From Psammoneis japonica (lineage: Eukaryota), in NCBI GenBank assembly GCA_008632985.1, contig QPGO01000244.1, positions 29,916 through 93,915 of the forward strand: a stretch of 64,000 bases of DNA, in the 5' to 3' direction. Both the position numbers and the translations under genes were made by a program. This document shows positions 35,462 through 48,510 of the stretch, piece after piece; the stretch's first letter is position 1; each line of letters starts with the position of its first letter. The notes under the pieces are model-generated. The model had not been told where the DNA came from and did no database searches. It saw only the letters and a program-made list of their open reading frames with translations.

Positions 35462-38400
35462 ATGATGTTGTCACTGTTCATCCTCGCCTTGTCCCTGGTT
35501 CTGTTGCCCTGCACCTCGCAGCCAGAGCTCATCAGCAGCTTCGACAGCTGCACCGCGATGAACAACTGCCATGTCAACAAGGTGCTGCTGCTCATCGGTC
35601 CATGCGGCCTCAACTCCCACAACACCTGCACACCAACCCAAAATCCAGAGTTTGCCGGCAAGCCAGGCCGTCCGGGCGGGCCCGCTGGGCTGAAGCTCTA
35701 CAAACCTTTCGAAGACCCCAAAGTCATCGAAAAGGGAAACATCGCCGAAGGCAATTCTTTCATTGATGATGAAGACAACGAAGAAGGCAAGGAGGAGGGC
35801 AAGGACTTCTTGGGTGCCAATGTCCAGGTAAAGGGCGTCAACAAGGCCAACATTGTCAAGACTGATGGTGAGATGGTGCATGCGATCTTGGGCTCAAAGT
35901 TAACTGTCATCAAGGTCCTCAACGAGGGTGGGGGCGGAAGAGTCACTGGAACAATCCAACTGCCCACCCGCCCGGACGACATGCTGCTCGAAAAGAACTT
36001 TGTCGTCGTCATTGGTTGCGACCGTAACTGCAAACACAAGGTCCAACGATGGTGCAGACGCCATCCATCGCGTGGTGAGGACTCGACTGTTTTGTGCCAA
36101 ATCCGCATCAAGAACTACAAGCCGAAGCTGATTTCAACGCTTCATCTTGAAGGATCATGCGTCAAGGCACGTGAAACAGACGGCGTTGCACAAATCGTGA
36201 TCAAATTCAACCCTTTGCAGTCCATCTGGCTGCACAGGCCCAACCGCACATGCAAGTTGGATCAGACACTCAAGTGGAACCAGGAGATCATTGAATGCTC
36301 AAGGGCTGGGAATTGGCTGCCAACCTGCAAGCTTCAAAAGGGAAAGCAAACACAGGTTGGCGTGTGCGGGTCATGCAGTGACCTGCACCATTCGCCGGAT
36401 GTGTTCTCGGGCTTTTCGATGCTCTCAGCAGTGACGCTGCCACTCAACAAACTCATGACTCCAATGTCATCAAACTCAATTGTCTCTGACACTGAGGCTT
36501 TGCATGTGACCAAGCAGTTGATGCATGTGACGACCAACGAGTTCCAATTTGGCAATGTGCCCAACAGCGCCAACCGTTGGGGTCCGAACTGTCAGACACA
36601 TGTCCACCAATTTAGCCTGAGCGAAACGGGGGTGACACACAGAGCATCTGGTCAAATCACCGCAAGCGAGTGTGCTTCACTGCCCGAACAGATTTCAACG
36701 CGTGGCTTTGCTCAAGTCTTGTCTTTGTTTGCTGCTTGCAGGGTGGCGTCCTCAACCGATTCTCCATGCACGAGAACGACGGCCACTTCTTCATTGCGTC
36801 GACCGTCGGGGCCTCTTGGTGGACGGGGCGGTCACTCAGCGAGAGCAGGGTCACTTCATTCAAGATCAACGACAACAAGGGCTTGCTGAAGCCTGTGGGC
36901 CTTGTTGAAGACCCAGGCGTCGGCGAGCGCATCTTTGCGGCGCGACATCATAAGGACATTGCATGTGTTGTGACGTTTGGGGAAACGGATCCGCTCTGTG
37001 TCATCGACTTGGCAAATCCAAAGAAGCTTGAAGTCAAGGGAGAGCTCAAGATCCCTGGCTTCAGCGCGCATCTTCACAGAGTGGAGGATGGGAGAGTCCT
37101 CGGTGTTGGAAAGGACGTGGCAAATGGAAGGACATTGGGAACCAAGGTGTCGCCATTCAACATGAGCGATGAAACAAACCCGAAGGAACTGTCAGTGTGG
37201 ACACTCCGAGGAAGCTGCTCCGAGGCTGAGTGTTGGAAATGGTGAATTAGAAGTTCAAACATCAAAACTAGACAGCGTGAAGAAGACGCACGTGCCAGCG
37301 CTCATGTGCTCCACGTGAAGCAACAAAACAGCCGATGGAAGCAGTCATTGTTCTCTTTTGACTCTTAGAAAGCATTGTGATAACAAGCTTGTCTATTTCA
37401 GCCTCAGGATCAGACCTTAGAGGACTGAGGTGGCTCTGGAACAGTCACCAGAAGGATAAATTGCAACAGTTAAAAGAGAACAATCCAGCTGAGAGCTGTG
37501 AAAAGAAAGTAAGAAAGAAAAGAGTCATTCTCACGGTGTGAGACATTTTACTGCTTTGCCTTTTTTCATCATGAGCGGAAGAGGCAAAGGTAGAACTGGC
37601 AACAGAAGCCAAGGAAAAGGAGCCTCAGGAAGGGGAAACAAGAGTGGCAAGCAAAGCCACAAGGGCATCAATGATTGTGTCCACTGTGTTGGAAGTGCCA
37701 AGCAAGCATCTGATTTTCAGATTGCCACTGAGTTCATCATCAACTACATTGAGAAGACTCACGAGTTTGGAAATGACATTGCAACTGCACTCAACACTTG
37801 CACTCCATGTGACATGAGTTCTAAGAAGCCGACTTTGCAGGTCAGCTTGACTGGAGATGACAAGGTGGACGCGCCATTGAACAAACAGCATGAAATTGAG
37901 TTCAAGACAGAATTTGATGCTCACGTTAAGAGGACCCAAACTTGTGAGAACAACCTTGTCAAGGCTTGTGCTTTGCTCTGGGAGAGATGCTCCAAGGCCA
38001 TGAAGAACAAGATTCAAGCAAGAACCGAGTTCCAAACCAAAATTGAAAACGATCCCATAAAATTGCTCAAGGCCATTGAGGAGCATGCATTGAACTGCCA
38101 AGAGCACAGGTGTGACATGGCTGTCATCTCAGATTCAATGAGAGCGGTGCTGGAAACCAAGCAGAAGGAGAAGGAGAGTCTCCAAGATTGCGCCAAGAGA
38201 TTCAGGGTTGCAAGGGACATCATGAAGTCTCACATTGGAGGACCGATTGTCCTCACCAAGGCAGTGCAAGGCATGTCAGAATGTGACGAGCACAATGCAG
38301 ATTCTATCAAGAAGTGTCAAGAAAAGGCGTTCAGCCAATTGATGGGTTGCATGCACTTGGAGAACGCAGACCAGCGCAAGTGCGGATCAATTCTAACAGG

Positions 38401-41400
38401 ATTGAACACTCAGCAGTCCTTCAAGAATGACCAATGTCCCAAGTCTGTTGCGGAAGCCAACACGGTGTTGAGCAACCACACTTTTGACTACGTTGGTCAG
38501 CCTGACAACTGCCGCAACAGAAACAATCGAAACAACAACTCTGACTCCAAGAAACAAGAAGGAAACCAAGAAATCACGCTGTCCTTCGCTCAGTTAGAAG
38601 GCAAGTGTTGCTGCTGTGGCAAGGCCAGACACAATTCCAACAAGTGCTGGGAAAGGCAAGGAAAACCTCAAGCAGAATGGGCCATCAACAAGGCCAAAGC
38701 TAAGCAAGAAGCAAGCAACGCTCAGGCAAGTGACGATGCCAGTGCAGCCAACTCTTCTGCCAAAGAATCCACTGGAACAAAATCTGCTGTTTCAGGATGG
38801 GCTGGCACACACATCGATGCATCTCTCTGCCAGGATCAATCTGGCAGCATGAGAGACTGGATTTTATTGGACAACCAGTCCACAACCACAATCTTCTGCA
38901 ATGAGAAGCTTGTTGCAGACATCCGTCCATCGGATGAAGCCATGCGTTTGCACACCAACGGCGGAGTCCTAGTCACGACATGCAAGGCCACGGTGCCAGG
39001 GTTTGGTGAGACTTGGTTTAACCCAGATGCAATCACCAACATTTTTGCTTGCTCTGACATGAAGAAGAAACACAGAATCACAAGTGATTCTAAGCAAGAC
39101 AACGCATTCACCGTTCATCTCCCCAACAAGAAGGTTGGGTTTGTGGAGGACGGAAAAGGGCTGCACTTTTACAAGCCCAAGACAAATGACACTGGAACTC
39201 AGCTCCAATTTGTGCAGAGTGTGGAAGAGAACAAGAAGTTCTACACTCCACGACAGTTCGAGAAAGCCAAGAGGGCTAGGGAATCATTGCACGCCTTGGG
39301 AAACCCAGCCGTGAATGATCTGAAGGCCATCATTCGCATGAACAGCATCAAGAACAATCCCGTCACAACGGAGGATGTAGATTTGGCCAAGAAGATTTTT
39401 GGAGCAGACATTGGAAGTCTAAAAGGCAAGGTCACAAGGAAGAAGCCGGAGCCAGTTGTAGAAGACTACGTGGAGATCCCGAAGGAGCTCAACACAAGGT
39501 CACTCTTTGCCTGGACGGTCTCAAGGTGAATGGATTGCCATTCCTCACCACAGTGTCACGAAACATTTTTTATCGCACGGCACAACCGCTCAAGGACTTG
39601 ACCCAACCAACTCATCAAGAAGCTCTGGAAGATGTGCTGCAAGTCTACAACAAGGCCGATTTGAAGGTCACACGCATTCGTTGCAACAACGAATTCAGGC
39701 CCATTGGGAATGCACTAGAAGACAAGTTTGATCTCAAGATGAACTGCGCAAATGCTCAGGAGCATGTCCCAGAAGCCGAAAGAAACAACCGAGTTATTCA
39801 AGAACGTGCCAGGGCAGTCTATCATCCGCTGCCATTCAAGCATCTGCCAAAACTCATGGTCGAAGTCATGGTCACCGAAGCTGCTGAGAAGCTCAATTAT
39901 TTTCCAGCCAAGCACGGCGTTTCCAAACATTACAGTCCAAGAATGATTCTCCATCAAAAGAATCTAGACTGTGACAAGAGCTGCAAGATCACGTTTGGCA
40001 CTTGTGTGCAAGCTCACAATGACCCGGACCCCAAGAACACACAAGAGTCACGGACCTTGGATTGCATTTGTTTGCGCCCCACCAACAGCAACCAGATTGG
40101 ACATGAGTTGCTGCACTTGCAAACCGGCAAGAAGATCACTTGTCACAAGGTCACCCCTGTGCCCATCACTCCCGCCATCACAAAGCAGGTTCATCGTTTG
40201 GCTGAAATGAACAAGATGCCCAATGGTCTCAAGATTCAGAACCGCACTGGAACTGTTTTGTACAACAGTGCTTGGCTTGCAGGAGTGGATTGTGATGAAG
40301 ATCAATTTGAAGACGAAGATTGTGATCTAGAAGAAGACATTGAAACTGAAGACGATGAGGAAGAAGAGCTGGACTGGGGAGACCATGACAGAGTTAGTCA
40401 AGAAGAGCTGCAAGACATAATTCGAGAACAAGAATTGGATGAAGAAGCCAGCCACATCAGTGAAGAACAAGACGAGACTCAAGAAGAAACCTCCAATGAT
40501 GAGCATCTCGGAGACAATGACGAAGTTGGTTCTCAACCATCAGACGGCAGCGGAATTTTCACAAGAAATCGATGACATGATTGACCACATTGATGAACAA
40601 CAGAGGCTGGAACAAGAGAAGGAACACTCTCCGGAAGTGCAAGAGATCATCAAACGAAATGAAAGACCTGGAACATGAGGATGAATCTGGAGAGGAGCAG
40701 AGTGAAACCGAAGAAAGTGTCCAAGAAGAGCCTGTTGCTGCTGTTGCTACATCCAGGGCAGGAAGGACTCTGAAACCTCCAGTTAGATTGGGAGACTGCC
40801 AATGCCATCTACAGACTCAAGCTCATTCACAAGAAGAAGAGCACAGCTTAGAAACGGCCAGAATCATGGCCATGACAATGTGTCAGTGGAACGAGAAGGT
40901 TAGCACGATTTCCACTGATGAAGAAGCACATCAATTTATTCAGACTTACAGCTTGGCACGAGGACTCCAGAAGTTTGGAGAAGAAGGCCACAAGTCGGCA
41001 GTGTCAGAGCTGAAGCAAATCCATGACAGAGTGGTTTTCAAACCCATTCACATCAATGACATGACTCCTCTGGAGAGGAAGAGAGCCATGGAGAGCCTCA
41101 TGTTTCTCACAGAGAAGAGAGATGGACGAATCAAGTCAAGGTTGTGTGCAAACGGAAGCACGCAACGAGAGCACATGGACCAAGACGAAACCGCCAGTCC
41201 GACAGCATCCACAGAATCTGTTCTCATTGCAGGAGTGATTGATGCTGAGCAAGGCAGAGACGTTGTGACAGCGGACATCCTGAACGCATTTGTGCAAACG
41301 GACATCGAGGTCAAGGATGAAAAGATCATCATGAAGATCCGTGGAAGGATGGTGGACATGTTGCTGGAATTGGATTCAGACACTTGCCAGGACTGCGTCG

Positions 41401-43172
41401 TGTGCGAAGGCAAACACAAGGTTCTCTACGTTGAAATGTTGAAGGCACTCTACGGAATGCTGGTGTCCTCCATTCTTTGTTGCAAGAAGTTCCGCAGAGA
41501 CATCGAAGGAATCGGATTTGAGATTGGTCCTTATGATCCATGTGTCGCCAACCGCATCGTGAATGGAAAACAACACACGGTGACATGGCATGTGGACGAC
41601 TTAAAGTCTGGTCACGTTGACAGCAAGGTCAACGATGAATTCAAGATTTGGTTGGACAAAACTCATGCGGATGAGATCGGAAAGGTCAAAGTCACGCGTG
41701 GAAAGAGGCACGACTGTCTAGCCATGACTCTAGATTGCTCCATTCCAGGAGCGCTGCAAGTTGACATGGTGCTTTGTGTGCAAGGAATGGTCAAGGAGTT
41801 CTTCAAGGAATTCCCAGAAGAATTGTCGGGTGACGTGGATTGCCCGTGGAGCGAGAAGCTCAACAAGGTGGATGAGACAGCCAAGAAATTAGATCTCAAG
41901 CATGCTCGAGCATTTTGCACTTTTGTGATGAAGGGCATGTTTGTGTGCAAGAGAGCCAGACAGGACATTCAGCCTGGCACTGCTTTTCTCTCCACCAGGG
42001 TCAAGGATCCGAACGAATCGGACTGGCCAAAGCTGGTGAGGCTCATGAATTTCCTCAAGACAACCCAGCTTGATGTCGCAGTCATGTCGGCTGGAGACAA
42101 AGTCATCATCGAGTGGCACACGGATGCCGCACTCGCAGTCCATCCGGACTGTAAAAGTCACACAGGTTCTGCCATGACCCTTGGAAAAGGTGTCATTGCA
42201 TCAGTCAGCATGAAGCAGAAGATCAACACCAGGAGTTCTACAGAAGCAGAGTTCGTCGCAGGCGACGATGTTTTGGCAAAGGTCCTTTGGACCAAGCGAT
42301 TTGTTGAAGCTCAAGGTTTTGAAGTCGAGCGTAACATCATGCATCGAGACAACCAAAGTTGCATGAAACTAGAACAAAATGGAAAGGCCAGCTCGGGCAA
42401 ACGCACGAGACATTTCAACATCAAGCATTTTTACATCACTGACCTCATCAAGCGAGGAGAACTTGAGATTAAGTTCTGCCCAACGGACAAGATGATGGCA
42501 GATTACATGACCAAACCAGTGGTTGGTAAAAAGTTCATCATTGATCGTCAAGCCATCATGAACATCCAAGTGCCTGAGATGGTCAAATTTGGAAATAGCA
42601 AGAATCTTGTCATTGGTCAGCAGGAGTGTGTTGGAAATGGTGAGTTAAAAGTTCAAACATCAAAATTAGACAGCGTGAAGAAGACGCATGCGCCAGCGCT
42701 CATGTGCTCCACGTGAAGCAACAAAACAGCCGATGGAAGCAGTCATTGTTCTCTTTTAACTCTTAGAAAGTATTGTGATGACAAGCTTGTCTATTTTAGC
42801 CTCAGGATCAGACCTTAGAGGACTGAGGTGGATCTGGAACAGTCACCAGAAGGATAAATTACAACACTGAGTGGGACAACCGAGCATTCTTGCACTGGGA
42901 AAAAGCTGAAACTCGACATCATGCCGCTTGTGATTTATGGATGTAGAACTTTTTATGGCGCCATTGTCCTCCAAATTGCCGACAAGAAGATTGTTGAGAT
43001 CGGCCGTGTCCAGCACTTCATTCCTGGACGCCGTTGCCATCCGCGAATCCTGAGAAACCTCGTGACAGGAAAATTCTTGTGGTCCATGTCGTCAGAGCAG
43101 CTCCAAATCAACGAACTGGAAAACATCGAAAAGAAGAGAGGCACTGTTGGCATTGCGCAACATTGGATGTGA
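35462..43172 (+). pseudogene. Beta-propeller-domain protein gene (Beta_propel family-like) split by copia element 3; parts at ~35462-36661, 36742-37230 and 42872-43172
   Basis: Motifs NVQVKGVNKANIVKTDG, GGVLNRFSMHE, ERIFAAR...VVTFGETDPLCVIDL.NP..L...GELKIPGFSAHLH. The frame resumes after the TSD as SEAE|WDNRAFLHW. Intron at 36662-36741. Confidence 0.85.
37231..42866 (+). mobile_element. Full-length Ty1/copia element 3 (gag-pol from ATG 37571, frameshifts near 39490 and 40570)
   Basis: 238-bp LTRs at 37231-37468 and 42629-42866; TSD CTGAG at 37226-37230 and 42867-42871; WILLDNQST protease, HVPEAERNNR integrase, KALYG/WHVDD RT, SSTEAE...DN...ADYMTKP RNase H. Confidence 0.97.
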
Positions 43173-43729
43173 GAGGAGAATGCAGTTGGCGAAGATCATT
43201 CTCCACCACAGCACCAGCAAACCGGCACAAGCACTTTCATTGCTGTGTCTGCCGATCTTGTTCAGTGGCTGGGTTTCGAACATTTCTGTCTCCAATCCAT
43301 GCCGGTTCACTGCTTTGTTGTCATTGCAAAGCCTGCAGAGCAGTCCAAAAACGTTTGCTCCAAGCATGAGGTTTTTTGCGAAAGTGCCATTCTGGTGGAG
43401 ATCGGCCGCGATCCATGTTGGACTTGTGGCAGCAGGCAACCAGAATTTCGTTCTCCTCATGTGACGTGCATGTCATTGGGCTTGCATCGGCAGTCAGCCC
43501 CTCATTTGATTGGCAAGTTAGACTTGCGTTAGTTGTTCTCCTCGTTTGACTTGCATTTTTCACCATTGGATGGCCGGCACCCCTCCCAATCACCCAACCC
43601 TGGTGCTGGTCTCCAATGACGGTGACCTGGGCTTGCCACCTGGACTGCACAGCACATCGTGTGGCGTGGGGACGCATGTGGTCCAACCCACTACAAGTGG
43701 CGGAGGGTGTGCAAGATGGGAAGCGTGTC

Positions 43730-44232
43730 GGACACAAGTGGCATGTGGACGAGTTTAGACTTGGCTTGACAAAACTTACGCAGACGAAATTGGAAAGGTC
43801 AAAGTGACGCGTGGAGAACTTGAGATTAAGTTCTGCCCAACAGACAAGATGATTGGGGACCGGCAAGCCTGTGGTGGGCAAGAAGTTCATTGTTGATCGT
43901 CAAACTATCATGAAGATCGTCAAACTATCATGAACATCCAAGTGCCTAAGATGGGCAAACTTTGAAATGCAAACAATGTTGTCCTTGGTCAGCAGGAGTG
44001 TGTATGTTGGAAAGTGTGCATCTGAAGCACAAATGCCGAAATGAAATAGCGTGAAGAAAACGTATGCGTCAGCGCTCATGTTGTGTTCCACGTGAACCAC
44101 GAAAACTGCCGATGAAGCAGTCATTAATCTCTTTTAACTCTTACAAAGTATTGTGATAACAAGCTTGTCTATTTTACCCTCAGGATCAACCTCAGAGGAT
44201 TGAAGTGGCTTTAGGACAGTCGCTCTAGAAGG
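43730..44232 (+). mobile_element. Internally deleted 3' fragment plus diverged LTR of an element-3 relative
   Basis: Matches 41585-41703, then jumps to 42457-42628, then a diverged LTR copy from ~44005. Confidence 0.85.
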
Positions 44233-44525
44233 GTGCATCTCAAACGACACGGAGGCTATTCGGAATAAGCAAGACATTTACGACTGGGTTGAAAGGGGAG
44301 CCATGCTACAAAAGCAGGAATTGAAATTAACATATAGTATGCCATTAGAGGAGTTCCAGAGACATAAAAGCATTAGCGAGCAGAGAGTTCTCTTTGGCAA
44401 CGTTTCATCGTTTGACATGCTTTCACAAGCCAACACATCATTTCAAAATTTGAAACGAAGAGCCAAGGCTGACTTTCTCTTGTTCTCAATGACTCGGCGA
44501 GAGTGGCTACTACCGTATACTTGGC

Positions 44526-44823
44526 GTGAACCACTCCCGATAACTTGATGCGCATGGCAATAAAGATTTGTCGGATATCTTTTCCATAACTGCAGCATAC
44601 TGAACCTGCTTCATCATCATAATCTTTTGGCATTATTTCGAGTCCAACCTCTGTTCACTCAACATCTTTTGCAGGTGAACCACTCCCGAGAACTTGATGC
44701 GCATGGCAATAAAGATTGTCGGATATCTTTTCCATAACTGCAGCATACTGAACCAGCATCACCATCATAATCTTTTGGCATTATTTCGAGTCCAACCCTG
44801 TTCACTCAACATCTTTTGCAGGT
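44526..44823 (+). repeat. Tandem duplication, ~149-bp unit x2
   Basis: GTGAACCACTCCCGA... at 44526 and 44675, near-identical. Confidence 0.95.
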
Positions 44824-46944
44824 GCATGGGGACACATCATCTGGAGACAGGGAGGATGCCGAGTGTGTGTCCTGAGATGAGCTGACAAAATCGTTCGTGC
44901 AATGGTGAGTGCATGGAGTCAATCCCAAATTAAGACCCACCTAAGATCTCCATCCATGTAGACGCCACAGTGTCCGCGCATTTCATGATTTCATGCCTGG
45001 ATATGAAAGAACTCATTGAACTTGTCACAAAAAATCCTCGCCTTTTTTTCAAATCCCGTTCATGAGTTTCAGCGCGCGAACCAAAATGTCCGACGAGCCG
45101 GCAATCGAATGCTCTCGTCGCGCTGTTTCGAACGCGATGCCTCTCGACCCACGCGGGTTTTAATTTGTGACGGGGGGGAGCAACAAAGTCATTCGAGCCA
45201 ATCTGAACCAACTATGAAGGCGTCTTCAACATGAGCAATGGCGAGTGTATGTAGTGAGATGAGCAACAATATCATTTGAGCCATCTGACGAGTGTGTGTC
45301 CTGAGATGAGCAAGTCCGTACCCGCGAGACAAAACATTTTGTCCCGGTATTTCTCTATTCAACTCATGATTAATTTTAACCCTACTTTTTTTGACACATT
45401 CAGTACATGTCGACCCATAGATATTATACCCTAACCCTATTTAGTCTAGACACTCTTGAAGCAATGCCAGAAATCAGAAATTTTGAATAGGACCGAAGAT
45501 GCTGGGGAAATTGTCACCAAAAGTCACTTTTCCATGGATCCTACATGTACGCGTCTGTGCGTCACTTTCTACCCTGTTGCCCTCGCCTATTCAGATGTGT
45601 CGTCCACGTCTATTATATAGCACGGATCTATTCGCAGTTGTCCAAACTTCAGGTGCATAATCTGTCCAAGGGCTTGCACACATTTAGTTAAATAGAAGAG
45701 TTTCGTTATTAATTTTGGCATTTTTCGTCATTAAAATTTTGCTTAAAAGGTCTCTTCAACATTGGCAATGGCAAGTGCAACAAGAAAATCATTCGAGCCA
45801 TCCTGAATCAACTTGGAAGGTGTACCTGCGCAGAAGAGAATTCTAAAAAAATTGGTGGCGGCAAAGGCTGCGGTAAAGGTGGCATGTGACTTGTTCAACA
45901 AGAAATCATCTTTAGCTTAATTAAAGTGCTTTTAATCTTACAGCATTTGCAACCTATCTTTTCCACAGTGACAATCCTTTCATAAAAAAACTCACATTCC
46001 TTTGAAAGAAAATTTATGTAACAGTGAATAATCGCTTTCCAGCGTGCGACAGTGGTGGCAAACCTGATAGTTTTCCATGGTTCGTTCATCGTGATTTTAA
46101 ATATGTAGGAAGTAAAAACAAAAAGTCTATATTTCAAGTGCTGTCGCGTCTAGACGCAAGTCCTCTAGATTGACCAAACCATGCAGCAGGAACTAATGAT
46201 TGGATAAGCTATCGGTTTTGTATTTCAAGTCGAGACAGGAAATTGACCGGATGCTTTTCTTACACAGCTGACTGCGATCGAAGAATGGAAAGATCCCAAC
46301 AACCACACCCAGTGTCGAAAATATAACACGTCCAAAAAGGTTTCGTTCACCGTAGAACAGTAGGTGAGAATTTTCTTGTCGTGACAATCGAAAAGAAACG
46401 GCAAAGGAAAGTTTTTGTTTTGTTCTAGATGAATCTTGATAATCCATAGTAAAGTAAGGAAGGAAAGTTGATAAGACTGTAGAAAAAAGGGCGGGAAATG
46501 AAGCAACGGGAAATGAAGCAACGTTGAAGTATCTTGCGTAGAAAATTGACGTAGGAAATATACTGGCAGTCGGGAGATGGGTGCAAAGAAAGAAGCCACC
46601 ATGACGGTGCCATTTCTCCCGAGCACCGGCACAGCAGAGTATCCCCACAAAGGAAGTACGTAAAATGCTCTTCAAAATTCCATCATGCTTTCATCGTGCT
46701 TTCAATTACACAGCAAGTACCCACGTAAATTCATACCAGTCTCTAAAGCAGTCCCTCATTTTTGATCGAGATGTAGCATTCCATCGTGCTTTCATCGATC
46801 TTTCAAAATATTGCTTCTTCTTTCAATTGTTGAATAGTGTCAGAAACAGATGCAGGTAAATTTATATTTCTTAAAACGTCAATCTCATGCTATTAACACG
46901 CATACCAGTGCATTCGTAAAACGTCCATCTCAGGCAATTTAGGC

Positions 46945-47185
46945 TGGATCGTCGGTTTGCGGTTGGTTTTATTGTCCATTCGTAAGACATCATAGAAAGA
47001 GAATGATATGTCTATAGCCGGTCAAATGCCAAAGATCGTCATTTCCTGAAAAGTTACGGCTTATGTGCACTACATTCGTAAATGTTTTGGGATGGTCAGA
47101 GGCATCGCAAAATAGCATGGGTGAAGTACGGAAAAACAGTAAAAATCATAAAGCTATTTAAAAAAGGCCGCTAACCGACGATCCA
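46945..47185. mobile_element. MITE-like segment with 18-bp inverted termini
   Basis: TGGATCGTCGGTTTGCGG ... CCGCTAACCGACGATCCA (1 mismatch); no clear TSD. Confidence 0.45.
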
Positions 47186-48219
47186 ATGGCTTTATAATCA
47201 ATCATTTAATGTGCTTGTTCACTTGAGCAAATGTTTTTGACATCTTTTATCACACCCATGGTACGGTAAAGACTTTGGAAACCCAGCCATAACCCGAAAC
47301 TCCAAATTCTTTTCACTGAAAACCTTCTGTTTTCATTTCATCAGGCTCTTTTGTTTTCGTTTGTTCACTATTTTTGGTGTATGAAATGGAAAGGTAGCAC
47401 TGTTGAATAACGCTGCAAAAATTGATTGTCTTATGCAATGAGCAATTCCTGATCTCTTTCAATGAGGAGTCAGATGAGCGTTCCTTCAAGGAACAAAGTA
47501 TGATCGTATCATACATGAAGAAACGAAGTCAAACGCAAGAAGCGTAGTAAAACGTACAGGCGCAGAGACGCCAGCCACGCGCAGAGACGCCATAAATAGG
47601 ATCATCGGACACCCCTCGCACAGATGCACCAACAGGATCAAACACGCAGCGAGGGCAACCGGAGATTCGGTGAGGGACATGGGTCCTTCACGAGATGTCT
47701 TTTGGAGATAGAAATTATCACTTTAAGGGATAGGAATTTTGGCACAAATTCTATCTCCAACAGCTATCTGCGCATTGATTTAATGTTGGATTCACACATT
47801 GAGGTGTTTTCTAAATGCTGCAGAGCATGTTGATTGTGATTTTTAGATTGATTCAATGTTGCATTCACACATTGATGCGCTTGATTCACTGTGAGATAAA
47901 TCTTTCTTCGCTGTTGTTAAATCGCAGCAATGCACGTGAATATGAAATTGACACGCAGCTGGGTCCAAAGCCCAGTTCTGTGTTTGCGTGCAACCGTGGC
48001 GACCGGAAGTCGGGGTGGTGCATTGTCAACTTCTTAAATTGTGGGTGTCAGTCAATTCGGGGATCACCATGGCTCAGGTCAAAAGTGTCATGGGCCCTAA
48101 AAAGTTTCTCCTGACCAAAAGCAGTTGAGCAGCATCGTCGTCCATGCATCTGCCGTGTCACAGCTTGAGCCTTGCTTCGATGACAACGTTGTGTCCAATG
48201 AACTGACAACATTGACGCA

Positions 48220-48510
48220 ATGATGTGAGAAAAGTCGATGAACTGTCCACGCAACGATTCCTAAATGCCCTGAGTTGAGCAAAAATTTTTTCATGTTTTT
48301 TTTTAAGTCATGATCTGTCAATGGGAGTTGGCATCGAGGGCACATCAGGGTGCCCAGTTCATGCAAATTTCCAAGTTGAAGTCGCTGAATGTCCTGAGTT
48401 GAGCAAAAAAATTTTCATGTTTTTTTGGAAGTCGTGATTTGTCAATGGGAGTTGGCATCGAGGGCATGTCTGCATGTGCCCAGTTCACGCAAATTTGCAA
48501 GTTGAAGAAA
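48220..48510 (+). repeat. Repeat with ~125-bp internal tandem duplication; related copy at ~53085-53285
   Basis: GATGTGAGAAAAGTCGATGAACTGTCCA and GTCAATGGGA(G/T)TTGGCAT(C/T)GAGGGCA are shared. Confidence 0.8.

Noticed and set aside
225..42866. Classical fungal RIP or CpG deamination as the sole explanation
   Set aside because: Both are C to T. Conserved Tyr motifs and the outgroup LTR indicate TA is ancestral, and CpG is retained in elements 1-3. CpG decay does contribute in older relics.
45320..47800. AT-rich block with short ORFs
   Set aside because: No recognisable domain or termini apart from the small inverted-repeat element; left unannotated.
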